DNA from: TPA_inf: Saccharomyces
Lineage: Eukaryota
Assembly: GCA_000146045.2 (NCBI GenBank)
Contig: BK006944.2
Span: forward strand, 384,001 to 448,000
Length of the DNA stretch: 64,000 nucleotides
Reading direction: 5' to 3'
In this document: positions 9,721 to 20,101 of the stretch, one piece after another
Layout: every line of letters starts with the position of its first letter
How positions within the stretch are numbered: position 1 is the first letter of the stretch
Position numbers and translations under genes: made by a program
Notes under the pieces: generated by a model
Seen by the model: the letters and a program-made list of their open reading frames with translations, nothing else
Databases searched by the model: none
Told to the model about the DNA's origin: nothing

Positions 9721-10554
9721 ATGAATAAAGAAGAATTATTGGGTTTTCTACTAGATGACAGTATTGATAGCCAAAAAAGATGCGTCACGGATCAGCAGGC
9801 CTACTCTAATTGGTTAAAGAATGATAATGATGAACGTACGGCCCATGAGGAAAGCTCTTCACAAAGTACGATAGCCGCATTGAATAAGAAGAAGCAGACA
9901 GAAGCTGCTCAAGAAGATATAGAAGAACTGTTAAACGGCTTAGAAGGCATTATTGGAGGAGCCGACCCCCGTAATCTCAAGAGTAAGTCAAAGAGGAAAA
10001 CCAAAAAGGGCGGATCGAAACCAAGGGAAGAAAACGTGAATACGGAGAAACATATTGTAATGCTCGAGGTAGAAGATTTTAGTGATATGAGCACCCACGA
10101 AGATGTCAACGGAGCAAGTCCGTCGCCAAATCTGGACCGGTCGAAGAAGAATGAGAAGCGAAGGAAAAACGCCAAGGAGCTGTCATACGATGAACTAAAA
10201 GACAAACTAGAAGTTACCACTCGCAAATCACGTCTTGAGTGCAAAGACTTGAAAAAGAAAGTTCATGGGCTCGAAAGAAGGAACCTTGAACTTGAACAGC
10301 GTTTAGAAGAGCTGAAGATTGAGAACCAGACTTTGATAGAGATTAACAATAAACTGTTGAAAAACACTAATGAGGATGAGATTAACAAGAGCCAGAGGAA
10401 CAAGGAGAAGGACCGAAAGCGGAGGGAAAGAAGAACGGCAAGGAGAAAAGATGAAAGAAAGCAGGAAAAAAAGCAGGAAAAAAAGCAGGATAATAAAACA
10501 TCTCAATCTTTTCCTTCCTCAACTGACATGAATGGACAGCCTATAGAATTTTGA
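9721..10554 (+). CDS. YKL023W, 277-aa charged/coiled-coil protein (possibly the SKI-complex-associated protein)
   Basis: 277-aa ORF, Lys/Glu-rich with a coiled-coil-like segment (LERRNLELEQRLEELKIENQTL) and a KQEKK repeat; matches the YKL023W position between URA6 and CDC16. Confidence 0.7.
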   Translation: MNKEELLGFLLDDSIDSQKRCVTDQQAYSNWLKNDNDERTAHEESSSQSTIAALNKKKQTEAAQEDIEELLNGLEGIIGGADPRNLKSKSKRKTKKGGSKPREENVNTEKHIVMLEVEDFSDMSTHEDVNGASPSPNLDRSKKNEKRRKNAKELSYDELKDKLEVTTRKSRLECKDLKKKVHGLERRNLELEQRLEELKIENQTLIEINNKLLKNTNEDEINKSQRNKEKDRKRRERRTARRKDERKQEKKQEKKQDNKTSQSFPSSTDMNGQPIEF

Positions 10555-10725
10555 ATGCATTCTAATGACATAACTATTTGACGACGTGAATTAGAAACAC
10601 ATACTTTTACGTGTGGCTGCCTCTAAGAATTAAACTTCTTTTCTTTTTATTCTTATTTTCTTTAATGAATATATACGCTATACTTGTACTAAGTCGTGTC
10701 TTTATTCCTCGCCCGCCTTCGTACT

Positions 10726-13248
10726 TTATTCCAGTTCCATATCTGCGTCAAAATCATCGTCGGCATTATTACTTCCAGTTTTGCTGTCATGACCTCCCTT
10801 TCTTAGAGCTTTGTTATTCTGATCAAAGATCTCCTTTTGTGTTCTCAACCTTTTAGCCATGTTGACAGGGTCATAAGTCAATGAAGATCTTTTTTTATTG
10901 AGCGAAGCCTTGTCCTTACTTGCCTGACTCATTAAATTCGACTTGTCAATAAGTGGGTGGCTGGCATCCAATGATAACGTCACGTTTAGCTCTAGGGCAT
11001 TTTTCAAAAGCGCTGTTGCAGATGAATTATTAGGCTTTAGGTACAATGATTTGTGCAAATGATCAATGGCCTTTTGTAATTTCTTCGTCTTCAAATATAA
11101 GTAACCTAAGGAACAATGAATTTCAGAGTTTTTATCATTTTTCTCCAAAACGCATCTAAAACATTTAATGGCAATTTCGTTCTCATTTAACTTTCTGTAA
11201 GTGTGTCCTAGATTTAATTGAATTGATATTGTCGTTCTTGAACTTGGATCAAGATCTTTCACCACTTCCAACGCCTTCTTCAGGTATTTCTTGGCTTTGA
11301 CAAATTCGTTCTTCTTAAAATACATTACACCCATTTCATTGAGTACTAATGGATCGTTTGGACAAATGTCATATGCCAGAACAAAATACGATTCTGCTAA
11401 ATTTAATGAATTCATCGCCATAAACTGCATCCCGAGAAACAGTTTTGGTAAGTGCATTCCAGGAAAGAATCTGGAGGCTGTAGAGTATGCTGTTAATGCT
11501 TGGTCTTGTTCACCTTCTAGGGCATACGTGTGTGCAAATCCCAGCCATGCGGCAGCAAAGCTTGGATCCAGTATTGAGGATTTGGAATAGTATTTCTGTG
11601 CTTCACTAATTCTGTCCAAGCTCATATAATAGGTCGCAACGCTAAACCATGTTATCGCAGACTTCGGGAAAGTTTCCGCTAATCGATGCGACAGAAGGAA
11701 AAGCTTATTTTTATTTGATAGTTCATATAGACATCCAATGTATGCTGGCAAGATATTCGTATTAAATTCGTCGTTTTCCAAAACGGTCTCGCACAACTCT
11801 AAGCATTCGTTGAATTTGCATTGCGTATAGCAGATATCCACCTTACTTCTTACGACATCTACATTGTCAGCTAATTTATAATCTTTCGCTAAAATCTCAT
11901 TGGACTTCGTTATATCTTCCGTGTTGATGTATTTAGATAGGTTGATCTTATAAAGATTCTTCATAATCTCTTTATCTTCCCCAAATTCTTTGAAATCCAA
12001 AGAGTCAAACAGGTCCCATTCCTCTTGTGGAGTTAACAGGTTCTTGGACAGGAGCATTTCGAAAGCTTCAAAATTTTTTATATCTACCAAAATCGCTTCA
12101 CGAAATGCATCCCTTGCCTTGTTAAAATTATTTTGTGCAAAATATATTTTCCCTCTCAGAAAACATAATGATGACTCCATTTTTATACCGCCGTCAGTAA
12201 CTGGCTGTGACGTATTGCTGTTATTGCCATTATTGCTCATGGTGTTTGCTGCCGTCGTAGATGGGTCCTCGCTGAATGGATTGTATTCGCCTATAACATC
12301 TAGAGCGTCATCAAATCTCTGTAATTTAACAAAGGAGAGTCCCAACAGATATCGACACAGGATATTAACGCCATCCAAGTTGTTCCTGGTAATAAGTTCT
12401 ACAGCCCTTACGTACTGATTATTATTGTAATATACTTGGCCGAGCCAGAAGGCATCATCAGGATCATTGGATATGTTATACACTTTATCAGCAATATATT
12501 CTGCGGTCCTATACATATGCTGCATCAATGCGTCGAACCTCCAAAGTCTCAATCTTTCTATAGCTGACAATTCAGAAACATCTAGTTGAGTTGCTGTAGT
12601 TGTTGTCGTTAATGTTGTTGTCGTCAATGGCCCATTATGCCCTAGTTTACTCTCCCGATCATTATTAGCATTCGCAGCTGCATCGCCATTGTTATGAACA
12701 TCCTCATCATTATCTTCATCACGAACCACACCATCAACTGAATCCTTATATTCACGCTGTAAGCTCACCTTCCTTAATGTGGACGGTATGGTAGAACCGA
12801 ACATACTATTCTTAGACATAGAAGCTAACAAATTATTGTCGTTCACAACATTGCCCGTAATGGAATTGGAATTAGAATTAGAATTAGCAGATGGCTGGTG
12901 CGGAGTCATAATATTCGCTTGCAACTTCTGTATTAAAGGGCTATTTGCTAACGACTGGTAGGGACTCGTAGCCGTATTGGTTCTGTTCCAGGGTTGCTGC
13001 AAACGATCATTCTGAGCATCGGTTGGTAAACTCTGTTGTGTTCTTGCTGCAGATACGTTAGAAACAAATGGCGAGGCGGCCAATGTAGAATTATGTTGTG
13101 AATGTTGCTCCGAAGGCGACATGGGGTTTCTCATAAGTACCCTGTTTGACGATTTCAAGTTTGATGTGGCTTTTGATGACTTGTAATAATGTGTAGCCTT
13201 TCCACAAATAACGATATAACAATGACAGCAATAAAGACAAAACTTCAT
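10726..13248 (-). CDS. CDC16: Anaphase-promoting complex TPR subunit (YKL022C), 840 aa
   Basis: 840 aa with multiple TPR repeats in the C-terminal half; N-terminal low-complexity region. Confidence 0.93.
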   Translation of the reverse strand: MKFCLYCCHCYIVICGKATHYYKSSKATSNLKSSNRVLMRNPMSPSEQHSQHNSTLAASPFVSNVSAARTQQSLPTDAQNDRLQQPWNRTNTATSPYQSLANSPLIQKLQANIMTPHQPSANSNSNSNSITGNVVNDNNLLASMSKNSMFGSTIPSTLRKVSLQREYKDSVDGVVRDEDNDEDVHNNGDAAANANNDRESKLGHNGPLTTTTLTTTTTATQLDVSELSAIERLRLWRFDALMQHMYRTAEYIADKVYNISNDPDDAFWLGQVYYNNNQYVRAVELITRNNLDGVNILCRYLLGLSFVKLQRFDDALDVIGEYNPFSEDPSTTAANTMSNNGNNSNTSQPVTDGGIKMESSLCFLRGKIYFAQNNFNKARDAFREAILVDIKNFEAFEMLLSKNLLTPQEEWDLFDSLDFKEFGEDKEIMKNLYKINLSKYINTEDITKSNEILAKDYKLADNVDVVRSKVDICYTQCKFNECLELCETVLENDEFNTNILPAYIGCLYELSNKNKLFLLSHRLAETFPKSAITWFSVATYYMSLDRISEAQKYYSKSSILDPSFAAAWLGFAHTYALEGEQDQALTAYSTASRFFPGMHLPKLFLGMQFMAMNSLNLAESYFVLAYDICPNDPLVLNEMGVMYFKKNEFVKAKKYLKKALEVVKDLDPSSRTTISIQLNLGHTYRKLNENEIAIKCFRCVLEKNDKNSEIHCSLGYLYLKTKKLQKAIDHLHKSLYLKPNNSSATALLKNALELNVTLSLDASHPLIDKSNLMSQASKDKASLNKKRSSLTYDPVNMAKRLRTQKEIFDQNNKALRKGGHDSKTGSNNADDDFDADMELE

Positions 13249-13343
13249 ATCATCTTTAACGATTAAGATAAATTATTTTATATTATACATATAAACTAAC
13301 TTTAGTACGCAACAATTCTGAGCTGCACGCATGTATAAGGCGT

Positions 13344-14750
13344 TTATTCAAGTTCTACTGATACTTTACTCTTCTTCAATTGCTTCCGCTTCTTTTTATT
13401 GAGTTTCTTCTTCTCACCAAACATTATCTTCTTTAATTCTTCGGTATCACTTTCCACCTCACTTTGGTCACCTATATCAGCTGTTTCAGCATCCCTCTTC
13501 TTCATTGTGTTGTATTTCTCAATGCTTTCATCGCATAGCGTTAAGCAATTTAGCCTTTCGCCACAGTCGTAGACTGCTACTTGTTCTTTTGTAGACATAT
13601 CCCATACGACAATTTTACCATCAGAACCAATGGTGACTAGGTAGGTACCAAATTCATTCGTATAAAACTTGAAATCTTTAATACGGTTTGTGTGACCCAA
13701 TAAAGAAAAAGCGGGGCTGATATCCTCCTTGTCGTCATCATCTTCCTGCTTTTCATTTTCTTCAACTTTTTCGAATAACTCCTCACAAGGATAGAAATGA
13801 ACATTACCATCGCTGATACCAACAGAAAGGTATTCCTTATTATCGAATGGTAAAATATGTGTTTCAATATGCATAAGAGTTTTCCTTTGAAAGACTATTT
13901 CTTTAAAAACTTTAGCCGATCCAGTTTCATAAATAAGCACCCTATCCCTTAAACCCACGGCAAAATAATCACCTTTGGCGCCTAACCATCTAACACAAGT
14001 CCCGTTTGTATTATATTTTCTTAGTTTTAGTACAGCAGCATTTCTTAGAGTCATCAAATTCCAAAGACGTATAGAATGGTCATCACTAACACTGATGGCA
14101 ATTCTATTGGTGGGGTGAATATCCACATCATTAACCCTTGCCGTGTGTCCCTTTAAAGTCCCCACTGTTTCCCAGTCCTTTACTCTCCAAACCATAATTT
14201 TGTGGTCTTCTGATGCTGATAATAACCATTTGCTATTCTTGCTCCCCTTTGAAACAGCAGCATCCTCACTGGAAGAAGCTGGATGTGAGAATTGTAGAGC
14301 AGTAATAGAGCCCTGATGACTTAACAAAGTACCCAGTTCCTTCCTCTTTTGCAAATCATAAATTCTGATGTGCTCGTCATTGGATCCAGAAACTAGGTAT
14401 CTTCTTGAAACAGCCAAACATTTAATACTCAACGAATGGGCTTGAAAATGAAATATTGGCATAAAATGTGGTGTCTTTGCTGCATCATTTTCCTTTTGAT
14501 TTGGGATATCTAAGGATAAACACAAAATGTTGTGCTCGTATGAGCCCACAATGATACGAAATTGGTTCTTGTCGCCTATAGCACTCATTTTTCTACACGA
14601 ATTCTTGACTTGGCCCTTAGGATCTTTTCGAGATGAGGTACCATGAGTTTTCAATTTTTCATGTTCTAAAAAATTTTCGGCCTTGATCTTGAACTTTATA
14701 ATTCTAAGCAAAAAAAAAATGAAGACAGTATAAGTAGTATTCAGTAACAT
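13344..14750 (-). CDS. MAK11: WD40 ribosome-biogenesis protein Mak11 (YKL021C); annotated form 468 aa
   Basis: WD40 repeats. The track ORF (474 aa) starts 6 codons upstream at 14768. The annotated start that I remember gives a hydrophobic N-terminus MLLNTTYTVFIFFLL; an internal Met at 14588 (MSAIGDKNQF...) is an alternative start (see findings). Confidence 0.8.
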   Translation of the reverse strand: MLLNTTYTVFIFFLLRIIKFKIKAENFLEHEKLKTHGTSSRKDPKGQVKNSCRKMSAIGDKNQFRIIVGSYEHNILCLSLDIPNQKENDAAKTPHFMPIFHFQAHSLSIKCLAVSRRYLVSGSNDEHIRIYDLQKRKELGTLLSHQGSITALQFSHPASSSEDAAVSKGSKNSKWLLSASEDHKIMVWRVKDWETVGTLKGHTARVNDVDIHPTNRIAISVSDDHSIRLWNLMTLRNAAVLKLRKYNTNGTCVRWLGAKGDYFAVGLRDRVLIYETGSAKVFKEIVFQRKTLMHIETHILPFDNKEYLSVGISDGNVHFYPCEELFEKVEENEKQEDDDDKEDISPAFSLLGHTNRIKDFKFYTNEFGTYLVTIGSDGKIVVWDMSTKEQVAVYDCGERLNCLTLCDESIEKYNTMKKRDAETADIGDQSEVESDTEELKKIMFGEKKKLNKKKRKQLKKSKVSVELE

Positions 14751-14831
14751 AAAGAAGATAAAATTCAAAAATGCAAAATAATAAAAAATGAATCTATATA
14801 GTGTAAGGATTATGTAGCTAGAAAAATGTCT

Positions 14832-17800
14832 TTAATTGACTCGCATGTCGTTTAGAATGTTATTGTTTTGAAACTTCGATAACTGCATTTTAAAAGAGGT
14901 TTTCATCCTTTCGTTGCCTAGTAGTACCTTGGCTAAACCAATTCTTAAATATTCCTGAACAATTTTGGATAAATTATGAAACATATCATCATCTTTCCCC
15001 AAATTCGATAATGTGAAACATAATAAGAGTACTAAAGTTAAGGGGATCCAAAAGAATAGGAGCATCTTATCATTCTGAAAGTTTTGCTTCTTGGAAAAGA
15101 TTGTGTTGAACCCGACCTGTAAAGCTTCTAATTCATCGTCTTCAGAAGAAGTTTGAGAATCATCCACGGTCATTTGGGCAGAATTATCTGGCCCAATCTC
15201 CACAGATTTGCTACCAAGTTCCCAGTTTTTGGGTTTTTTTGGGAACAAGTCTTCATACTTTGGGAGCTCGTCATTTAAACGAGTTAGCATTCTGTTCCAT
15301 AAAGATCCGTCAGGCTCTATGCTAGTCTTAGTAGTTTTTGGTATTTCATTTGGCTTTGAAGAGAAGTCCTTGATTTTGTGGGTGTTAAAGAACTCCAAAG
15401 CAATCTCATCTGAAGATGATTCACAATCACTTATGTCATAACCTGAATCCGAATCTAGGATTGAGAATGACGTATTGTCATTACAGTTGGATTGTTCGGG
15501 GGCAAGGGCAGCGGAATCCGCCAATAAATATTTTCTTTCTTGGACATAGTCATGATCAGCATCGTCATCATCAAATAAACTTGAGTTGAAACTTGACTGG
15601 GATACATTTCTCTCAAACGGTTGAGTATCACTGGATCCTGTTGTATTCTTCGTTAATCTAGTCAGAATGTCGTCAAACAGACTGGTTTCATAATTAGAAT
15701 ATCTGGTCTTGTTGACAGTATAATTCATCAGGAAGAACTGTTTAGCGATAAAGCCGTTTCTGGTTTTCTTCATAATATTAACGTTGCATTCTAACAATAG
15801 TCTTATAATTCTCAAGTCACCATTAATACACGCCATATGTAGCGGAGTAAAACCAAATAAATCTTGGTCGTTCAAATGCGACCCATATTTGATTAGTAAT
15901 GAGACAAGACTATACCAGTTATTGAATGCTGCCAGATGTAATAGAGTTCTACCCCTAACGTCACACATGGAAAGATTGACGGTAGAGAGATTATTATTTC
16001 TCTTAAATGACTTAATAACTTCAGTGATCAATTGTTCATCGTTTATATTTCGCATCATATTCGTGTACGAATTTAAAGAGCTATTCTGTGAGTGTAATCC
16101 TGCGTTATTATTAGATGGAGATGAATCACTGCCAACAATCCTTTTAGCAATATTTCTTGCATCTTCCAGTTTACCGTTCATTTTCAGCCCCACAATTTGC
16201 AGAGCCAATTCAATTAGTTGCCTATCAGTATCATCAACATAAGTAAAGATTGCTTTCTCACCGGTATACTTGTTTAAGTGCAGAATGTCATTGGTACTAT
16301 TGCTGGTGGAAACACTACTATTGCTATTATTTCTCATAGACGTTTCACTTGGGTCGACTATGGTTACCAAAACCGGTCCAGGTTTAGATGAAGGCGGTAA
16401 ATAAGTCACCATCGTAGATTCATTCCAGCATTGGCTGGACAATGCTATATTTTCGCCAAACTTGATGATTAAGCCCTGCTTAAACTTTGAGCCAAGTAGA
16501 GTCACTTCTATACCTCCGTTGATGGAACCTTGTGCGGGGATGACACGCTGAATAGAAGGCTTGTTATTTAGCGCCACGGGGACACTATTATGGTTCGATA
16601 TATCTTTGGAAGAATCGATGAATTTCTGGGGAAGACGGGAAAACGTATTAGGCGTAGACATAAAAGGCTCGTTTACCGAACGCTGCCTCTTGCCAGTGTG
16701 TCTCGCAGAGGCCGCACTGAAATCACTAGTTAATGTAGTAAGAGCGGGATTAGATGAACTATTAAAACCTGTGGACGACCAAGAGTCTAGTGAACGATGT
16801 AAATTGTTGTCGTTGTTATTAGAAAAATGAATATCTGAAAAAGAATGGTTGCTGTCCTCACTGGAGGAATTTGGTGATGGAAAGTGTCTGTTGTTGTTCA
16901 TCATTGCGGTATTAGTCTTAATGTTGTTTTTGTTATCATTATCATTGTTGTTGTTATTACAATTGCTATCAAGCATACAGTTCGTAGAAATGACAAAATT
17001 TTTACTGTTAGAAGGCAGGGGGAATTCGGATGGGAAGTTTAAGTCACTTTGCGGCGATGAAAAGGATCTAGTGTCATTTGTCATTGGCGAAACCTGGGCA
17101 TTGCTGGTGCTGGTTGGAGTTGTGGTATTGCTGGCATTTTTCTTGTCCATGATCATTATGGGATCTGTTATAGTTTTCGCCAAGATATCGCCGTTATGGT
17201 CCCTTAGAAGGAACAAAACTACAAACCCGTTAGTTGCCTTGTGGTGTCTGCAGTAACAGACGATTCTCGTCGGTAAGTCGAAATTGATACAGTTAGAGTT
17301 ACCACTCAAACCGTTATTACTAATGATGAAAAGTTGTTTACTATTGAATATGATTGCTCTTTTGTTTTCGTTATTTTGCCAGATGGAGTTGTCGTTCAAC
17401 CCAGACTTTCTTCTCGACGCTCTTCTTTTTTCCCTGTTGATACATCTATTACAAACATAGGTCTGCTTGAAGTTGTTGCTATTGTTGTTAGATGCACACA
17501 AAAGAAAGGCGTCCAAGAAAAGAGTCCTTTCGTTGATGTCCCTATTGGGTATTGTCAAGTTGGTGGGATCGTCCGAGCTGGTGAAAAACTTGTCCTTCGC
17601 TATACAATCAGAGGGCAGATGAATAAAGAAGTTTTTTCTTGCATGTGCGTTTCTAATCCGAAAACTCAGCTTCATCTGAGTTTCCACCCTAGAAACCTTC
17701 GGCAACCCAATAATTTCTAGAGACAATGGAAGGGACTGCGGGTTAATGTTGATAAAATCCAGTGGATTCGCGTATGGCGTCCTCAGAGGTAGCTTTCTGC

Positions 17801-18080
17801 CAAATTGAACGTGTCGATCAAGCAATCCTTGCAAAGATGCGATGTCATCCCTGAGCTCCCCTTCATCTTCCTTACCTGGTGTAGTAGTACCTGCTGTTAT
17901 CATTTTCTCTTGGTTCAGACTCAATAAACCAGGGTCTTGCAGAGAGGACCCAGAGTTGAGCAGAGCAATATCCAGTAATTCTGATTCTAGTAAATCCAAG
18001 TCCGGAGAGCCATCGTTGTGCTGTATGTTGGCGCTATAGCTGTGGAGCATCGAGGAAACGTTTCCTGTGCCACTCATCAT
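14832..18080 (-). CDS. SPT23: ER-membrane-anchored transcription factor controlling OLE1 (YKL020C), 1082 aa
   Basis: IPT/TIG domain, ankyrin repeats (LLHLAAFNNWYSLVSLLIKYGSHLN... TPLHMACINGDLRIIRLLL), C-terminal TM helix IPLTLVLLLCFTLSNLG; 1082 aa. Confidence 0.9.
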   Translation of the reverse strand: MMSGTGNVSSMLHSYSANIQHNDGSPDLDLLESELLDIALLNSGSSLQDPGLLSLNQEKMITAGTTTPGKEDEGELRDDIASLQGLLDRHVQFGRKLPLRTPYANPLDFININPQSLPLSLEIIGLPKVSRVETQMKLSFRIRNAHARKNFFIHLPSDCIAKDKFFTSSDDPTNLTIPNRDINERTLFLDAFLLCASNNNSNNFKQTYVCNRCINREKRRASRRKSGLNDNSIWQNNENKRAIIFNSKQLFIISNNGLSGNSNCINFDLPTRIVCYCRHHKATNGFVVLFLLRDHNGDILAKTITDPIMIMDKKNASNTTTPTSTSNAQVSPMTNDTRSFSSPQSDLNFPSEFPLPSNSKNFVISTNCMLDSNCNNNNNDNDNKNNIKTNTAMMNNNRHFPSPNSSSEDSNHSFSDIHFSNNNDNNLHRSLDSWSSTGFNSSSNPALTTLTSDFSAASARHTGKRQRSVNEPFMSTPNTFSRLPQKFIDSSKDISNHNSVPVALNNKPSIQRVIPAQGSINGGIEVTLLGSKFKQGLIIKFGENIALSSQCWNESTMVTYLPPSSKPGPVLVTIVDPSETSMRNNSNSSVSTSNSTNDILHLNKYTGEKAIFTYVDDTDRQLIELALQIVGLKMNGKLEDARNIAKRIVGSDSSPSNNNAGLHSQNSSLNSYTNMMRNINDEQLITEVIKSFKRNNNLSTVNLSMCDVRGRTLLHLAAFNNWYSLVSLLIKYGSHLNDQDLFGFTPLHMACINGDLRIIRLLLECNVNIMKKTRNGFIAKQFFLMNYTVNKTRYSNYETSLFDDILTRLTKNTTGSSDTQPFERNVSQSSFNSSLFDDDDADHDYVQERKYLLADSAALAPEQSNCNDNTSFSILDSDSGYDISDCESSSDEIALEFFNTHKIKDFSSKPNEIPKTTKTSIEPDGSLWNRMLTRLNDELPKYEDLFPKKPKNWELGSKSVEIGPDNSAQMTVDDSQTSSEDDELEALQVGFNTIFSKKQNFQNDKMLLFFWIPLTLVLLLCFTLSNLGKDDDMFHNLSKIVQEYLRIGLAKVLLGNERMKTSFKMQLSKFQNNNILNDMRVN

Positions 18081-18567
18081 TTTCAGTGGTGTACTACTGT
18101 TGTGATTAGTCGTTTAGAGGATATCTAGAGTATAATTATTTTGAATGAGTTTCGTTGACATTTTCAGTTCATGCGATCATCTTACTTTCATGGTTGCTCC
18201 TTGCCGTTAAAATTGAAACGAAAAAAGCGGGAATACAACAATGTCACCTTACACGAGCAGAGAAAAGGGCAGCAATAGCGACAATAACCGATAATGCCAG
18301 GCCTTCCAGAGCCCTATGCTGACCTATATTCATCATGACGCTATCCATATGCAACTAGAGACCTGCTGGGAAGCGCTCTCTCATTTTTGAAGGTTGCAGC
18401 AGTGCTCGCGCCGGTTTTCGATTGGGCCTCGTGATAAAACACATCAGCAAAGTTTCGCTTTTGACATTCTGTTAAATTGGTCCTTAACTGTTGGTGCAGA
18501 CCTACTGCAAGACTGTTAATTATGGTATATTATATATCAAGTGCTGATACAACGTACACCATCGAAA

Positions 18568-19518
18568 ATGGAGGAGTACGATTATTCAGACGTTAAACCT
18601 TTGCCCATTGAGACAGACTTGCAGGATGAACTGTGCAGGATTATGTATACCGAGGATTATAAGCGGTTGATGGGACTCGCAAGGGCTCTGATCAGCCTTA
18701 ACGAACTGTCACCCAGGGCACTACAGCTAACAGCCGAAATTATCGACGTGGCGCCAGCCTTCTACACCATATGGAACTACCGATTCAATATCGTCAGGCA
18801 CATGATGAGTGAATCCGAAGACACTGTCTTGTACCTGAACAAGGAATTAGACTGGCTAGATGAAGTTACGCTGAATAATCCAAAGAACTATCAGATCTGG
18901 TCCTATAGACAGTCTCTTTTGAAGCTACATCCGTCTCCTTCCTTCAAAAGAGAGCTGCCTATCTTAAAACTGATGATTGATGATGATTCCAAGAATTATC
19001 ACGTTTGGTCGTACAGAAAGTGGTGCTGTTTGTTCTTCAGTGACTTTCAACATGAGCTCGCCTACGCCAGCGACCTCATCGAGACAGACATTTATAACAA
19101 CAGCGCATGGACTCATAGGATGTTTTACTGGGTGAACGCTAAAGATGTCATTTCAAAAGTGGAATTGGCCGACGAGCTCCAGTTCATTATGGACAAGATT
19201 CAATTGGTTCCGCAGAACATCAGTCCGTGGACCTACCTCCGTGGTTTCCAAGAGCTATTCCATGATAGGCTACAGTGGGATAGCAAAGTAGTCGACTTCG
19301 CCACAACCTTCATCGGTGACGTATTGTCACTTCCAATTGGCTCACCAGAGGATTTGCCCGAGATCGAGTCCTCATATGCCCTGGAATTCCTGGCATATCA
19401 CTGGGGGGCAGACCCTTGTACCCGAGACAACGCTGTTAAGGCCTATAGCTTGCTAGCAATCAAATACGATCCTATTAGAAAAAACTTGTGGCACCACAAA
19501 ATAAATAATCTGAACTGA
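18568..19518 (+). CDS. RAM2: Protein farnesyl/geranylgeranyltransferase alpha subunit (YKL019W), 316 aa
   Basis: Prenyltransferase alpha repeats (WNYR, WSYRQ, VWSYRKW). The track ORF begins 9 codons upstream (18541); I place the start at [13 protein letters not shown] per remembered Ram2. Confidence 0.88.
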
Positions 19519-19579
19519 ATATATGTAAGCACTCTATTTGTACGAATATATTTACGTGTGTACGTGCATGCACGCAAGT

Positions 19580-19879
19580 TTAATCTAGTTCTACAAACCT
19601 ACTGCTGTATTGAGATTGATCTCTTCCCCTTCGTTTTGGACCGCTATCATTGATGCGTCCAAACCCGTCCTCGTTCAACTGCTTTCTGAAAAATTTAGAA
19701 CGTTTAACCATCTTCAGCGTCCTTGTGTAGCACATCTCTCCCCATGACAGATATCTATGTATCCAGCCGCCCAACTGATACTGGTTGTAAAAGAATATCA
19801 TTCCCGTCTCCCTTCTTATTGCCGATAGGAGCATAGCTACCAACGTCCCCTCTACTACCCACCTTATCATTCCCAACAT
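19580..19879 (-). CDS. Small 99-aa ORF (YKL018C-A), function unknown
   Basis: 99-aa ORF in the RAM2-SWD2 intergenic interval; I recall an annotated ORF of this size here. No recognisable domain. Confidence 0.55.
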   Translation of the reverse strand: MLGMIRWVVEGTLVAMLLSAIRRETGMIFFYNQYQLGGWIHRYLSWGEMCYTRTLKMVKRSKFFRKQLNEDGFGRINDSGPKRRGRDQSQYSSRFVELD

Positions 19880-20101
19880 CTTGCAATATGTTACGATCTG
19901 ATCTTCACTCTCTTTTGCTCCTTCTTTTTGCTGTTTAACTGTTACCTACACTCATTTATTCGATACCTTTTTTTACCCATTTTTTCTTCATGCAGTTTAG
20001 CACTAGTACATTAAAAAAGAAAGAAAAAAAATGAAAGCAAGACTAAAATATCGAGCAAAGCACAAGCAAATACACCGTTTGTCCTTTTAGCATAGCCAAC
20101 A

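Noticed and set aside
14751-14768. The most upstream ATG of the MAK11 frame (474-aa version)
   Set aside because: It adds 6 codons (MNFIFF) upstream of the annotated start. There is no support, and the whole N-terminal extension is itself questionable.
15208-17720. Several plus-strand ORFs (77-152 aa) inside SPT23, and similar antisense ORFs inside CDC16 (11291-12418), PAN3 (7840-8217), CCE1 (36390-36893), UFD4 (37899-38336, 41374-41941), MET14 (54826-55350) and VPS1 (57787-58654)
   Set aside because: All lie wholly within, and antisense or out of frame to, long genes with clear domain content. This is typical random ORF background in A/T-rich yeast coding DNA.
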